Numbered from the stretch's first letter, positions 30,067-39,938 are shown. The stretch: 64,000 nucleotides of DNA from an uncultured Christensenellaceae bacterium (GCA_910587795.1 CAJUNH010000001.1:246463-310462), one strand, 5' to 3'. Made by a program: numbers and translations. Notes: generated by a model from the letters alone, not told the origin.

Positions 30067-31342
30067 GGATCAACCTCTCTACTACTTTACAAAAATAGTC
30101 GCCGCGCTCCGCGTAGCCGCTGAATTTATCAAAACTTGAGCACGCATTAGACATAAGCACAATTCCGCCGCCGTGTTTTTGCACAGATTTAAAACAAAAC
30201 TCCGTTGCAAGAGAAATATCTTCAAAACACTCTACCGTTACGCCGTATTTTGCTCCGCATTCGGCAATTTCCTTTGCAGTATCTCCGCTTGCCGCAACCG
30301 TAATTACGTTGCTGCGTAAATTTGAAAATATGCCGTCAAAGCTTTCGCCTTTGCTATATCCGCCTAGAATTAAAGCCAAAGGTTCGCAATAATTATCCAA
30401 AGCGTTAACGGTAGCATGCACGTTAGTTGCTTTGCTGTCGTCCACAAATGATACGCCTCCAATACTGCCGACGAACTGCATTCTGTGAGGAAGCAATTTG
30501 TACGTATTTAACGCTTCTACGGCAATATCGGCTTTTACGCCTGCAAGCACGCAGGCAAGTACGGCGGCAAGCGCGTTATAACGGTTATGCTTTACGTAAC
30601 CGTCTATGCAACCCGACGGAATACAAAAACTTTTTCCGTCCAATACAAAACTAATCTTTCCGTTTTCTATTCGGCAATTAGCGTCTGTTTTTTCCAAAGA
30701 GTAGTACAACGGCGTACATTGACAAAATTTAGACAATTCCGCTACGTTACAGTCGTCCGCATTAAAAATTGCGTATCCGTTACGTTGGTGGATAAAATTA
30801 TTTATTTTTGCTTTAACGTAGTTTTCATAATTTCCGTGATAATCTAAATGATCGCATGCAATGTTCGTAAAAACACTTATGTACGGCGCAAAGTTTTTTG
30901 CGTTATCCAACTGAAAGCTCGAACTTTCCAAAACGATAATTTCGTCTTTATCCACATCCAATACTTCGGCGGACAACGGCACACCGCCGTTTCCTAACAA
31001 TCTGATTGACTTATCCGCATATTTAAGTATATGCCCGATCATCTCGCAAGTTGTCGTTTTGCCGTTAGTGCCCGTAACAGAAATGACAGTGCCTTTACAC
31101 AAAGGGAAACAATACTCCAATTCGCTTATAATCTTACACCCGGCATTTTTTGCTTCGGTTATCCCTTTTGCCGTCGGCAATACTCCCGGACTGAGCAAAA
31201 CGACCGAATTTTCCGTAAAACCGTTTTCTTCGCTAAATCCCGTTTTATCATCGTACAATACAGCTTTTATATTCTGCTTTTCCAACATTTTGTAAAGACT
31301 TTTCCCTGTTTTACCTTTTCCGTATATTATTATGTCTGTCAT
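30059..31342 (-). CDS. murD: UDP-N-acetylmuramoylalanine--D-glutamate ligase
   Basis: GTNGKTTT P-loop, Mur ligase middle and C-terminal domains. Start MTDIIIYGKGKTG after GGAGAATAGT; the 9-aa extension was dropped. Confidence 0.9.
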   Translation of the reverse strand: MTDIIIYGKGKTGKSLYKMLEKQNIKAVLYDDKTGFSEENGFTENSVVLLSPGVLPTAKGITEAKNAGCKIISELEYCFPLCKGTVISVTGTNGKTTTCEMIGHILKYADKSIRLLGNGGVPLSAEVLDVDKDEIIVLESSSFQLDNAKNFAPYISVFTNIACDHLDYHGNYENYVKAKINNFIHQRNGYAIFNADDCNVAELSKFCQCTPLYYSLEKTDANCRIENGKISFVLDGKSFCIPSGCIDGYVKHNRYNALAAVLACVLAGVKADIAVEALNTYKLLPHRMQFVGSIGGVSFVDDSKATNVHATVNALDNYCEPLALILGGYSKGESFDGIFSNLRSNVITVAASGDTAKEIAECGAKYGVTVECFEDISLATEFCFKSVQKHGGGIVLMSNACSSFDKFSGYAERGDYFCKVVERLIRG

Positions 31343-31343
31343 A

Positions 31344-32339
31344 CTATTCTCCAAAACACAGCAAGACAAAAGTAATGCATATCGTTACAGCGCAGTAAAT
31401 TATGCAAATGCGCGTTTCGCTATACCCCCGCTTTTGCAAATGATGATGATACGGCGCCATAAGAAAAATACGCTTGCCCTTTGTAATTTTAAAATAAACA
31501 ACCTGCATTATTACCGACACGCAGGACACCGCAAACATAAGACCCAAGACGGGAATAAACAAACTCATACGGGTAAAAATCGCGCTGCAGGCCACCAATG
31601 CGCCCAGAGCAAGCGAACCGGTGTCTCCCATAAATACTTTAGCATTGTTTGCATTAAATAACAAAAACGCCGCAAGCGCCCCGCAAGTTACGTAGCATAT
31701 TGTAATTATGTCTTTTGTTTGCGCATATGCGTATGTGTCGCCGACGCTTTCCAACAGAACCAATTCTCGGTTTAACAAGGCAATCATTCCTGCCATAAAA
31801 CATATAGTCGTACTGCTTGCCAACCCGTCCAAACCGTCTGTTAAATTTACGCCGTTGGTGCATGCCAAATAAATAAAAATCACCAATGGAACGATGCCGA
31901 AACCTATGCGAACCTGAATATCGCTAAACGGTATGCGAAGTTTATCACCTATTGCAACGTCACCGTAAACGTATAAAGAAACAAACACGGCAATAGCAAG
32001 CTGAATAAGAATTTTTTGATATGCGCGCAATCCTTGGTTGTGTTTAAAGCGTATCTTGATAAAATCATCTAAAAACCCCACCACTCCGTATGCAAAAAAT
32101 ACTGCAATCACCACCAACGTAGGTCTGTTGGATAAATCGCAAAAGATACACGACGAAGCGATTATTGCGATTATAAACGCTATTCCGCCCATTGTGGGCG
32201 TACCTTGCTTTGCGCTGTGTTCTGTTACGTACTGCAATATTTCCTGTCCCGCCTTGGCTTTGCGTAATACGGGCAGCAGCGCCGCGCACAAAATTATGCT
32301 AAAACCAAACGCAGCCAAAAATGCCAACGGTTTATTCAT
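31344..32339 (-). CDS. mraY: phospho-N-acetylmuramoyl-pentapeptide transferase
   Basis: 331 aa. MraY motifs (KQGTPTMGG, NLTDGLDGLA, MGDTGSLALG, APYHHH). Confidence 0.95.
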   Translation of the reverse strand: MNKPLAFLAAFGFSIILCAALLPVLRKAKAGQEILQYVTEHSAKQGTPTMGGIAFIIAIIASSCIFCDLSNRPTLVVIAVFFAYGVVGFLDDFIKIRFKHNQGLRAYQKILIQLAIAVFVSLYVYGDVAIGDKLRIPFSDIQVRIGFGIVPLVIFIYLACTNGVNLTDGLDGLASSTTICFMAGMIALLNRELVLLESVGDTYAYAQTKDIITICYVTCGALAAFLLFNANNAKVFMGDTGSLALGALVACSAIFTRMSLFIPVLGLMFAVSCVSVIMQVVYFKITKGKRIFLMAPYHHHLQKRGYSETRICIIYCAVTICITFVLLCFGE

Positions 32340-32368
32340 AACTCTCCTAATAAATTTATATGTACCCT

Positions 32369-33793
32369 TTAAACTTTTAATAAATTACGCACCACGTCGA
32401 TATCGCTATACGGAAATTTTCTACCCTTTATGTCCTGATATTCTTCCGCACCTTTACCTAGTATTGCTACGGTATCATCTTTTTTTGCAGCGGATAAAGC
32501 AAACTCCGTAGCTTGACTGCGGTTAAGTATTACTTTGTAACTACATGTAAGACATTCGCATATATCTCTTGCAATCAATCTGGGATCTTCAAAACGGGGA
32601 TTATCGTTTGTTAATACGGCAAAGTCGGCATATGCAGAAACCTTTTCCGCAACCCGCGGACGCTTAAATTTATCTCTGTTTCCGCCGCAGCCGAAAACTA
32701 CGATAAGCTTGCCCTTAGTTGTAGCACGCAAATATTTTAGGATATTTTCCATTCCGTCGGGCGTATGCGCAAAATCCACAACTATCCTTGCGCCGTCGTT
32801 ACGGATAATCGTTTCGTTACGTCCGCTTACACCTATAATTTCGCATACGGCATTAATAGCGGTATCTATGTCTATACCCAAAACTGCCGAAGCGGTAATT
32901 GCGGACAAAGTATTATATACGCTGAACATACCCGCCAGATGAGTATTAACCGTAGCGTTTTGACCGAATGCGTTTATATCGTATCGTGTTAAATCCTGCG
33001 TAATATCTATATTGCTTGCCACAACGTCGGCAGGACCTACCGCAGAATAAGTTGCCGCAGGAATACTGCCAACAAGCTCGCGTCCCAAATCGTCATCGAT
33101 ATTCGTTACTATATTTTTGACATTTTTTTTGTTAAAATAACTTTTTTTAACCGATCGGTAATTTTCCATAGTATGAAAAAAATCCAAATGGTCTTGCGAA
33201 AAATTGGTAAAAATAGCCAAATCGCTTACAATGCCGTACATCTTATGCAATGCAATAGCATGTGCGGACACTTCCATAACCACAACTTGCACTTTATTTA
33301 AATACATCTGTTTAAACCAGTAATGTAAATCTATGGGATCGGGAGTCGTAAGGTTGTTAGCGTGCTTCTGTCCGTTAAAATAAATTCCGTTTGTGCCTAT
33401 CACCGCAGTATTATATCCTGCCTTATTTAATATCGCTTCCAAAATGTAAGACGTCGACGTTTTTCCGTTTGTACCGACAACGGTTATTACTTTAAGCTTA
33501 TCTACGCAGCTGTCGTAAAAATTTTTTGCTATAACGCTCATTGCCGAACGGGTATCGTCAACTACAATTTGTAAAGCCTGCGTTTCAAGCTTATGCTGAC
33601 ACACTATTGCAACAGCTCCGTCGCCTATGGCTTTACGGAAAAACTCGTGCCCGTCATAGCTTGAACCTTTTAAACAGAAGAACAGACAGCCTTGCCGTAC
33701 CGTAGACGTATCACAGCTAAGCGACGTAATCTGCGGATTACCCGCGCCGTAAATTTGATAGCTTAATCCGTTTAACAGTTGAGCAAGGTACAT
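32369..33793 (-). CDS. murE: UDP-N-acetylmuramoyl-L-alanyl-D-glutamate--2,6-diaminopimelate ligase
   Basis: 474 aa. GTNGKTST P-loop and the DNPR motif (TNDNPRFEDP) diagnostic of meso-DAP-adding MurE. Confidence 0.88.
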   Translation of the reverse strand: MYLAQLLNGLSYQIYGAGNPQITSLSCDTSTVRQGCLFFCLKGSSYDGHEFFRKAIGDGAVAIVCQHKLETQALQIVVDDTRSAMSVIAKNFYDSCVDKLKVITVVGTNGKTSTSYILEAILNKAGYNTAVIGTNGIYFNGQKHANNLTTPDPIDLHYWFKQMYLNKVQVVVMEVSAHAIALHKMYGIVSDLAIFTNFSQDHLDFFHTMENYRSVKKSYFNKKNVKNIVTNIDDDLGRELVGSIPAATYSAVGPADVVASNIDITQDLTRYDINAFGQNATVNTHLAGMFSVYNTLSAITASAVLGIDIDTAINAVCEIIGVSGRNETIIRNDGARIVVDFAHTPDGMENILKYLRATTKGKLIVVFGCGGNRDKFKRPRVAEKVSAYADFAVLTNDNPRFEDPRLIARDICECLTCSYKVILNRSQATEFALSAAKKDDTVAILGKGAEEYQDIKGRKFPYSDIDVVRNLLKV

Positions 33794-33807
33794 AAGTTAT
33801 TTCTCCA

Positions 33808-33848
33808 AATAAAAATAATCTATACGGCAGCGCTGCCGTATAGATTAT
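33808..33848 (-). terminator. hairpin/attenuator between the PBP gene and murE
   Basis: Near-perfect palindrome ATAATCTATACGGCAG-CG-CTGCCGTATAGATTAT (33815-33848), followed on the minus strand by TTTTATTT. Confidence 0.55.
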
Positions 33849-33894
33849 TGTATTTATGCTTGTCTTATTTTATGAGCCTATTAATTTAGAATTA

Positions 33895-35649
33895 CTATTC
33901 CAAAGGAGCAATATTTTTGTAATTGATAATTTCCTGAAAAACCAAAGCGGCATAAGGTGCGGCAACTATAGAGCCGTAGCTTTGTCCCTGCGGTTCGTCC
34001 ACTATCATAAGAGTTAGATATTTGGGACTGCTTGCAGGAAAGAAACCTATAAACGACGATACGTATTTTCCCTGCGCTAAAGCACCGTTTACAAACTTTT
34101 GCGCCGTACCCGTTTTACCGCCGACCTGATATCCGTCGATTTTTGCATTTTTTCCGCCGCCTTCGTCCACTACTCGCTTAAGCATAGCGGCAATTTGACG
34201 GCTTGTATCTTCGCTTACGGTTCGGTTTACCACTGTGGGACCGAAACGCTTTACTACGTTTCCCGTTGTGGGATCGCTTATTTCCTTTACAAGATAAGGC
34301 TGCATAAGATATCCGCCGTTGACTGCCGCAGCCGTAGCCATACTTAACTGTAACGCAGTAACGGCTATCGTTTGTCCAAATCCTATGCGGGCAAGATCAC
34401 CGTTGGTAACGCTGCTTTGAGGTACAAGTATTCCCGCTTGCTCACCGGCATAATCTATACCCGTAACGCTACCGTACCCGAACTTACGCAAATAATCGTA
34501 CATCGTGTCTTTTCCCAAAGACAAAGCTATATCGGTAAATATCGGGTTGCAGCTGTTGTTTAACGCGTCGGATAAATTTTGATTGGAATGCTTGCCGTTG
34601 GAATGTTTTGTCCAACAGCTTATTTTGGATCCGTCAATAATCCGCGTTCCGGACGAATTGCCGAAAATATGACTTGCCGAAAACGCTTTGGGGTTTCCCT
34701 TGGAAAATTCCTCCAAACACGCCGCCGCAGTTAGCACCTTAAACGTAGAACCGGGTTCGTAAACATCGGTTAACAAAGTATTTTTGGAATATTTCATAAG
34801 ATATTCCAAATCGTCGCGAGGCAAATTGTTTAAATCCACCCCCGGTTTAGACGCCATTGCCAATATTTCGCCGGTAGTAACGTCCAGCACAATACAGCGC
34901 GCGGCTTGCGGACTTTGCTGATACATAGCAAGCTCCAACACATTTTCCGCTATTGTCTGTATTACCGAATCTATCGTAAGGGTTACAGTAAGCCCGTCTA
35001 TTGCAGGTATGTAAGTCATCGATCCGTTATCCAGCTCGCTGCCGACCAGGTCTGTTTCGGTAAGCAACTCGCCGTCGATACCTTTAAGATATTTATCGTA
35101 GTAAGCTTCTATACCGGTCTGTCCCACTCCGTCGCCCGACACAAAGCCCAATACTTGCGACAGCAGGCTGCCGTAAACGTAACTGCGCTCGCCCTGCGAG
35201 CCCAAATATATTCCGTCTAAATTTAAACTGCGTATCTGCTCTGCCGTTTCTACGTCAATTTGACGTTTTAAGGCAACTTCGGAAACGCCTTTTTTAGAAA
35301 CTTTATCAAATATAACTTGCCTGTCCATGCCCAATATACCTGCAAGTTGATCGGCTGCTCGATCTGCGTCTGTAACGCTTTTGGGTCGGGCATAAACGGA
35401 ATAAGCAGTTTTTGTAGTTGCAAGCAAAGCGCCGTTTGTATCTACTATATCGCCGCGATAAGCGTGAACAGGTAAATCTCTTTGCCACTGCTCCGCCGCT
35501 TTTGCTTGAAGATCGCGTCCCCAGATCACCTGAATATACCCTAGCCGCAAAAACACTATTCCAAATAAAAAGATTGCAGCCACAATAAGTGTCAGCAATC
35601 TTTTTTTAGAACTATAATAATCCTGTTGCAAATCAGCCCCCAAACGCAC
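33895..35649 (-). CDS. class B penicillin-binding protein (FtsI/PBP2B/SpoVD-type transpeptidase)
   Basis: 584 aa. N-terminal TM, PBP dimerisation domain, STFK (SxxK), SNS-type and KTGTA motifs. Confidence 0.9.
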   Translation of the reverse strand: MRLGADLQQDYYSSKKRLLTLIVAAIFLFGIVFLRLGYIQVIWGRDLQAKAAEQWQRDLPVHAYRGDIVDTNGALLATTKTAYSVYARPKSVTDADRAADQLAGILGMDRQVIFDKVSKKGVSEVALKRQIDVETAEQIRSLNLDGIYLGSQGERSYVYGSLLSQVLGFVSGDGVGQTGIEAYYDKYLKGIDGELLTETDLVGSELDNGSMTYIPAIDGLTVTLTIDSVIQTIAENVLELAMYQQSPQAARCIVLDVTTGEILAMASKPGVDLNNLPRDDLEYLMKYSKNTLLTDVYEPGSTFKVLTAAACLEEFSKGNPKAFSASHIFGNSSGTRIIDGSKISCWTKHSNGKHSNQNLSDALNNSCNPIFTDIALSLGKDTMYDYLRKFGYGSVTGIDYAGEQAGILVPQSSVTNGDLARIGFGQTIAVTALQLSMATAAAVNGGYLMQPYLVKEISDPTTGNVVKRFGPTVVNRTVSEDTSRQIAAMLKRVVDEGGGKNAKIDGYQVGGKTGTAQKFVNGALAQGKYVSSFIGFFPASSPKYLTLMIVDEPQGQSYGSIVAAPYAALVFQEIINYKNIAPLE

Positions 35650-36274
35650 CGCTTAACCAATCGCACAATGCGTCAAACCAGTTAGATTCGACATTAAAGT
35701 TTTGTGCGGGTCTTGTTGCTATCTCGGTGTACGTTTGTGTGTTAGATCTCGATGCGTCGATATAACCCAACTCTGCCGCTCTTTGAGCTAACGCGGCACG
35801 ATCTTCTGTAGAGGATTGTTCCGTTAATGCAGCGACAGTACCTACGGCTTCAGTGTACTCGGTGTTTAACGCACTTGTTGCGGCAAACGACCCCGTAACG
35901 GAAACGCCGCATAAAGTAACCGCCAATACCAATGCCAAAACCAAAACAGCATATCCTGCAATCGCAACCTTTGTCTTAACGCTCAAACGCGGTTTTGACG
36001 CCGCTTGCGCATCGGCGGAATAATTACGTGCATAGGATAAATTTAATGTTTGATCGGACGGTTTGACGTCTCCGCGCATTACTGCATAATCGTCATCCTG
36101 CGCAGCAGTCGGCGTATACGTTCCCAATTTTTGTTCGATATTGTCGATAGAAAACTCTTGTATATCGGCGTTTAAACGGCTAGTCGAATACGAGGGCTGT
36201 ACATCTTGATATACGTCCGCAAATTGAGTTTCTTGTTGATATTTTCTGTCGTTATTCCATTGCATTATATTCAC
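35633..36274 (-). CDS. bitopic membrane protein in the FtsL position of the dcw cluster (function uncertain)
   Basis: 213 aa. Cytoplasmic N-region of about 100 aa, one TM (VAIAGYAVLVLALVLAVTLCGV), extracytoplasmic tail of about 85 aa. Overlaps the PBP start. No FtsL sequence motif recognised. Confidence 0.35.
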   Translation of the reverse strand: MNIMQWNNDRKYQQETQFADVYQDVQPSYSTSRLNADIQEFSIDNIEQKLGTYTPTAAQDDDYAVMRGDVKPSDQTLNLSYARNYSADAQAASKPRLSVKTKVAIAGYAVLVLALVLAVTLCGVSVTGSFAATSALNTEYTEAVGTVAALTEQSSTEDRAALAQRAAELGYIDASRSNTQTYTEIATRPAQNFNVESNWFDALCDWLSGAFGG

Positions 36275-36288
36275 CGCCTTGGATTTTA

Positions 36289-37218
36289 TTACTTTTTTTG
36301 AAATACTCTCAGCTTAGCGCTTTGCGAACGGCTGTTTTCCGTTATTTCGTCACTGCCGGGAAGTATCGGTTTTTTATTATACAAACTGCCTTGCGTTCTA
36401 TGGTTGCATACGCACACAGGTAAGTACGGGGGACATACGCAATCGGTCGCAAGGTCTGCAAAACAATGTTTTACTATCCTGTCTTCCAACGAATGGAAAG
36501 TAATTACCGCAATCCGTCCGCCGCTGTTAAGCCGCGTAACCGCACACCGTAAAAACTCGTCCAATCCGTCCAATTCGCCGTTGACCTCGATACGCAAAGC
36601 CTGAAAAGTGCGTTTTGCGGGATGCCCGATGTTTTTTCGTGCCGCATATGGAACGGACTTATCAATTATTTGCACCAGCTGTCCGCAAGTGGCTATCACT
36701 CTTTGTTTACGTTCAATCACAATATTGCGGGCAATTTGTTTTGCAAATTTTTCTTCGCCGTAATCGCGTATTATGCTAAACAGCTTATACTCATCATATG
36801 TATTTACTACGTCTTTTGCAGATAACACCTGCGAAACGTCCATCTTCATATCCAACGGCGCGTCTGCCGCCATATACGAAAACCCGCGTTCGGGATTATC
36901 TATTTGGTACGAACTCACTCCCAAATCAGCCAAAATTCCGTCAACACCGTCTATTTGCAATTCCGTCAGGACCTTGTCCAAATCTTTAAAGTCCGCATGC
37001 GCGTATTTAACGTTTTTTTCGCCCAGACGTTGTTTGCAAACGTTTAACGCTTCTATGTCTTTATCTATGTCTACAAGCAAACCGCTTGTAAGCCGCTCTA
37101 ATATCTTTGACGAGTGACCGCCGCCGCCTGCCGTACAATCCACATAAATACCGTCTTGCCGTACGTTTAAGGCTTCTATACACTCGTTAAGCAGCACCGA
37201 TTTGTGAGCAAATATCAT
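36289..37218 (-). CDS. rsmH: 16S rRNA (cytosine1402-N4)-methyltransferase RsmH (MraW)
   Basis: 309 aa. HKSVLLNE..., DCTAGGGGHS SAM motif, DLGVSS, FHSLEDR. Confidence 0.95.
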   Translation of the reverse strand: MIFAHKSVLLNECIEALNVRQDGIYVDCTAGGGGHSSKILERLTSGLLVDIDKDIEALNVCKQRLGEKNVKYAHADFKDLDKVLTELQIDGVDGILADLGVSSYQIDNPERGFSYMAADAPLDMKMDVSQVLSAKDVVNTYDEYKLFSIIRDYGEEKFAKQIARNIVIERKQRVIATCGQLVQIIDKSVPYAARKNIGHPAKRTFQALRIEVNGELDGLDEFLRCAVTRLNSGGRIAVITFHSLEDRIVKHCFADLATDCVCPPYLPVCVCNHRTQGSLYNKKPILPGSDEITENSRSQSAKLRVFQKK

Positions 37219-37661
37219 TTTTCCGCATTGCCGTGAAGATGACTGTACAAATTATCGAATCCTTCTACCGTCAAGTTCATTCTATTGCGGCGTTCTTGAT
37301 ACCTTTCTTCGCTCCAAACTTCTACTTTACTGATTGCGCCGACAATTCTAACATTCTTTTTTATTCCGCATATATCTAATAATTCTTGCGGAAGCATAAA
37401 TCTTCCTTGTCCGTCGGCATCCGCCATAGCGGAAAATTCCGTAATACTGCGTATCCACTCGGCGCGCTGCGGGTCAAACGTATCCATTTCCTGAATTGTA
37501 CGCATTAACTTTTGCGTTTCGTCCGCAGGATAGATATAAATACAGCCGTGAGTACCGGGCATTATCAAATACTTATTGCCCAACTCTTCGCGATACTTAG
37601 CGGGAAGCCGTATTCTGTTTTTATCGTCCAGCATATGTTGCTGGTTACCAACTAAAAACAT
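37215..37661 (-). CDS. mraZ: transcriptional regulator MraZ
   Basis: 148 aa. Duplicated SpoVT-AbrB/DxxxR motifs (DDKNRIRLP; DGQGRFMLP). Confidence 0.95.
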   Translation of the reverse strand: MFLVGNQQHMLDDKNRIRLPAKYREELGNKYLIMPGTHGCIYIYPADETQKLMRTIQEMDTFDPQRAEWIRSITEFSAMADADGQGRFMLPQELLDICGIKKNVRIVGAISKVEVWSEERYQERRNRMNLTVEGFDNLYSHLHGNAEK

Positions 37662-37707
37662 TAGTCTACTCCTAGGATTACAGTAACTACATTTTACAAT
37701 ATTCGAA

Positions 37708-37775
37708 GTCCAAAATCAACCATTTTTAACCATTTTAGTCCAAAATACCGTTTTTGCCCACCAAATTGCACCATT
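37708..37775 (-). promoter_or_regulatory. phased TGG direct-repeat array, candidate MraZ operator
   Basis: CCA on the plus strand (TGG on the coding strand) at 37710, 37720, 37730, 37740, (CCG 37748), 37758/37761 and 37771, i.e. a 10-11 bp period. Located 50-115 bp upstream of the mraZ ATG. Confidence 0.5.
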
Positions 37776-38072
37776 AGCAAAATATCAGCATTATTTTTTC
37801 GCTAATAAATTACTTTTTCAAAAGGGTTTTAGAACAAAATGTCGAAAGGGTGTTTTTGTAGCAAATTACAAGTAAAAAGAACTTCGATAAAGCATATTAA
37901 TTCGGCAAATAAACGGTTTTGTACAATACGTACCTTTATTTAAAGACAAAAACTTATCTTGCAAATTTTTTAATAAAAAAACAGCCTACTCTTAGTAGAC
38001 CGTTTCAGTTATTGCAAATCAATTTAATTATTATATTATAAAATCGAATTTTCTTTTTTAACTATTAAAAAA

Positions 38073-38768
38073 TCACATAATTAAAGTTAATTTATTACCG
38101 ACTAAATCGCAGCTTGTAAGATAAAAATCTATACCGAATTTTTTAAAATGCAGGTTAGCGCGGCAATCCTTTCCGTGCAGATGTCCGTACACAACCGTAT
38201 TTATGTCAGCGGCAACAAACTGCTTTGTAAAATCAGATTCGTCGTATCTGCCGTTAAAAGGCGGAAAATGCATAATACCGATAACCTTATCATCCGCCTT
38301 GCGTTCCTTTTTCATTGCGGCTATCGATAGTTTAAGCCGCTCCGTTTCGCGCAGATAAATTTTTTGGTCCTCTTGCGACAGGTTATTTCCGTCGGGACAA
38401 AGCCAACCGCGAGTACCGCAAATCAGTATATTTCCAAAACGCATACAATCGTTTTGCAAAGCATAAAAATCAGGAGGAATATTATTGCGCACTTGCGATA
38501 ACGTATTCCACCAGTAGTCGTGATTACCGCGCAAAATAACCTTACGACCGGGCAGCGAAGCCACCTGCTCGAAGTCCGGCAACGCTTCCTCCATACGCAT
38601 AGCCCAACTAAAATCACCCGGAAGCAAAACCAGATCGTCTTCGGTTACTTTGTCGAGCCAGTCTTGACAAATCGATTCAAAATAATTTTCCCACGACTTA
38701 CCGAAAATATCCATGGGCTTATCACAAACCGCAGACAAGTGCAAATCGCTGATTGCATAAACTTTCAT
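38073..38768 (-). CDS. calcineurin-like metallophosphoesterase
   Basis: 231 aa. SDLHL, GDFSW, GNHDYW, GHLH metal-ligand motifs. Confidence 0.75.
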   Translation of the reverse strand: MKVYAISDLHLSAVCDKPMDIFGKSWENYFESICQDWLDKVTEDDLVLLPGDFSWAMRMEEALPDFEQVASLPGRKVILRGNHDYWWNTLSQVRNNIPPDFYALQNDCMRFGNILICGTRGWLCPDGNNLSQEDQKIYLRETERLKLSIAAMKKERKADDKVIGIMHFPPFNGRYDESDFTKQFVAADINTVVYGHLHGKDCRANLHFKKFGIDFYLTSCDLVGNKLTLIM

Positions 38769-38821
38769 ATAAAAATTATATCATAAAAAAATCAATAATT
38801 CAACAAAAATAAGCAGTGATT

Positions 38822-39040
38822 CTACCTTAACTTTCTGCTGCGCTTAACCCTGCATTCGGCGCACATTATCTCGTCTACGCCCATTACGTTACGCTCACAG
38901 TACGGGCAAATAAGGTCATCGTAGTCCGCATCGTCGAAAATACTTTTTTTGCAGTTTAATTCATCCTTACAAACCTTACACATATCTTCTCCAACCAAAA
39001 TATAGTTTAAACCGCAACGCGGACATTTTACGTACTTCAT
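38822..39040 (-). CDS. small double zinc-ribbon protein, function unknown
   Basis: 72 aa from ATG 39040 (GGAG-N9-ATG; the ORF-track TTG extension was dropped). Four CxxC pairs: CPRC, CKVC, CPYC, CAEC. Confidence 0.5.
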   Translation of the reverse strand: MKYVKCPRCGLNYILVGEDMCKVCKDELNCKKSIFDDADYDDLICPYCERNVMGVDEIMCAECRVKRSRKLR

Positions 39041-39226
39041 AGCGCGATACTCCAAATCACATTATGAAATCCGTCCGTCAAGTGTTACATTTTAGAAAGC
39101 GCCAAACAGAAATATTTACACTTGGCTTTTAAGATAAAAAGTATTAATTTAAACGAATTAGTTATCAACAGCGCCGGTTATGCGTACTTGTTACCCTATT
39201 TATGTTTTTCAACTGTAAAATCACTT

Positions 39227-39255
39227 AAAAAGCCGCGAAAAAATCGCGGCATTTT
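39227..39255 (-). terminator. intrinsic (bidirectional-looking) terminator after the 214-aa gene
   Basis: GCCGCGA-AAAAA-TCGCGGC flanked by an A run and a T run. Confidence 0.7.
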
Positions 39256-39268
39256 AAGTGTTTGGACA

Positions 39269-39913
39269 TTAGTTATTAGGCGTGGGGGTTGTGCGTCCGC
39301 CGGGATATAACGGCAGTTCAAAATAGCCCGAGCACACTTCCTCGGTGTAATCCTGACAAGGCGGAATTACGGCATATCCGTAACTGGGAACGATAAGTTC
39401 CACGTCCATTGTCACCTTTAAAATTGCGGTTACGCAGCAATTTATAACAAAAATGTAGTATGTTACGCCGTCGATAACCTGCGTTTGGCTAAATTGTCCT
39501 TCGGGACTGACTGCCGAAACGCTTGCTTCGATTGCATAGGGGATAATAGAAGGTTCGGGTAAAAACATTACCACATCTACGGGAACCGTTACAGTACCCG
39601 TACCGCTTCCTTCCACATTGTTACCGTCTATGTATGTTACCTCTACGGGAACCACCACGTCCGCCTGAACTCTACCGTACTTAGGACGTTCCGCCAAACG
39701 TTCTACAACCAAATTTTCTATTACGCCTTTTGTTGTTGTACTTTTACAGCTGATAAAACGTAAAGGAAGCGTTGGATTCGGCGGGTTTACGTCGCTTACG
39801 CTTACGGTGATTTGTTGTAAAGTTACTTGCTTCATACAGGCGTCAAATACTTTTTTGCCCTGAATGCAAATTTTTTCACTGCAGTTGTTACCATCTAAAT
39901 TATTTACCGGCAT
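39269..39913 (-). CDS. hypothetical beta-rich, Cys-containing protein (possible spore-surface/mother-cell protein)
   Basis: 214 aa. Strong SD (CTAGGAGGTAACAA-ATG). No family recognised. Cys clusters at both ends, V/T-rich repeated strands (VVVPVEVTY, VTVPVDVV). Confidence 0.6.
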   Translation of the reverse strand: MPVNNLDGNNCSEKICIQGKKVFDACMKQVTLQQITVSVSDVNPPNPTLPLRFISCKSTTTKGVIENLVVERLAERPKYGRVQADVVVPVEVTYIDGNNVEGSGTGTVTVPVDVVMFLPEPSIIPYAIEASVSAVSPEGQFSQTQVIDGVTYYIFVINCCVTAILKVTMDVELIVPSYGYAVIPPCQDYTEEVCSGYFELPLYPGGRTTPTPNN

Positions 39914-39938
39914 TTGTTACCTCCTAGTGTAGTCAGTA

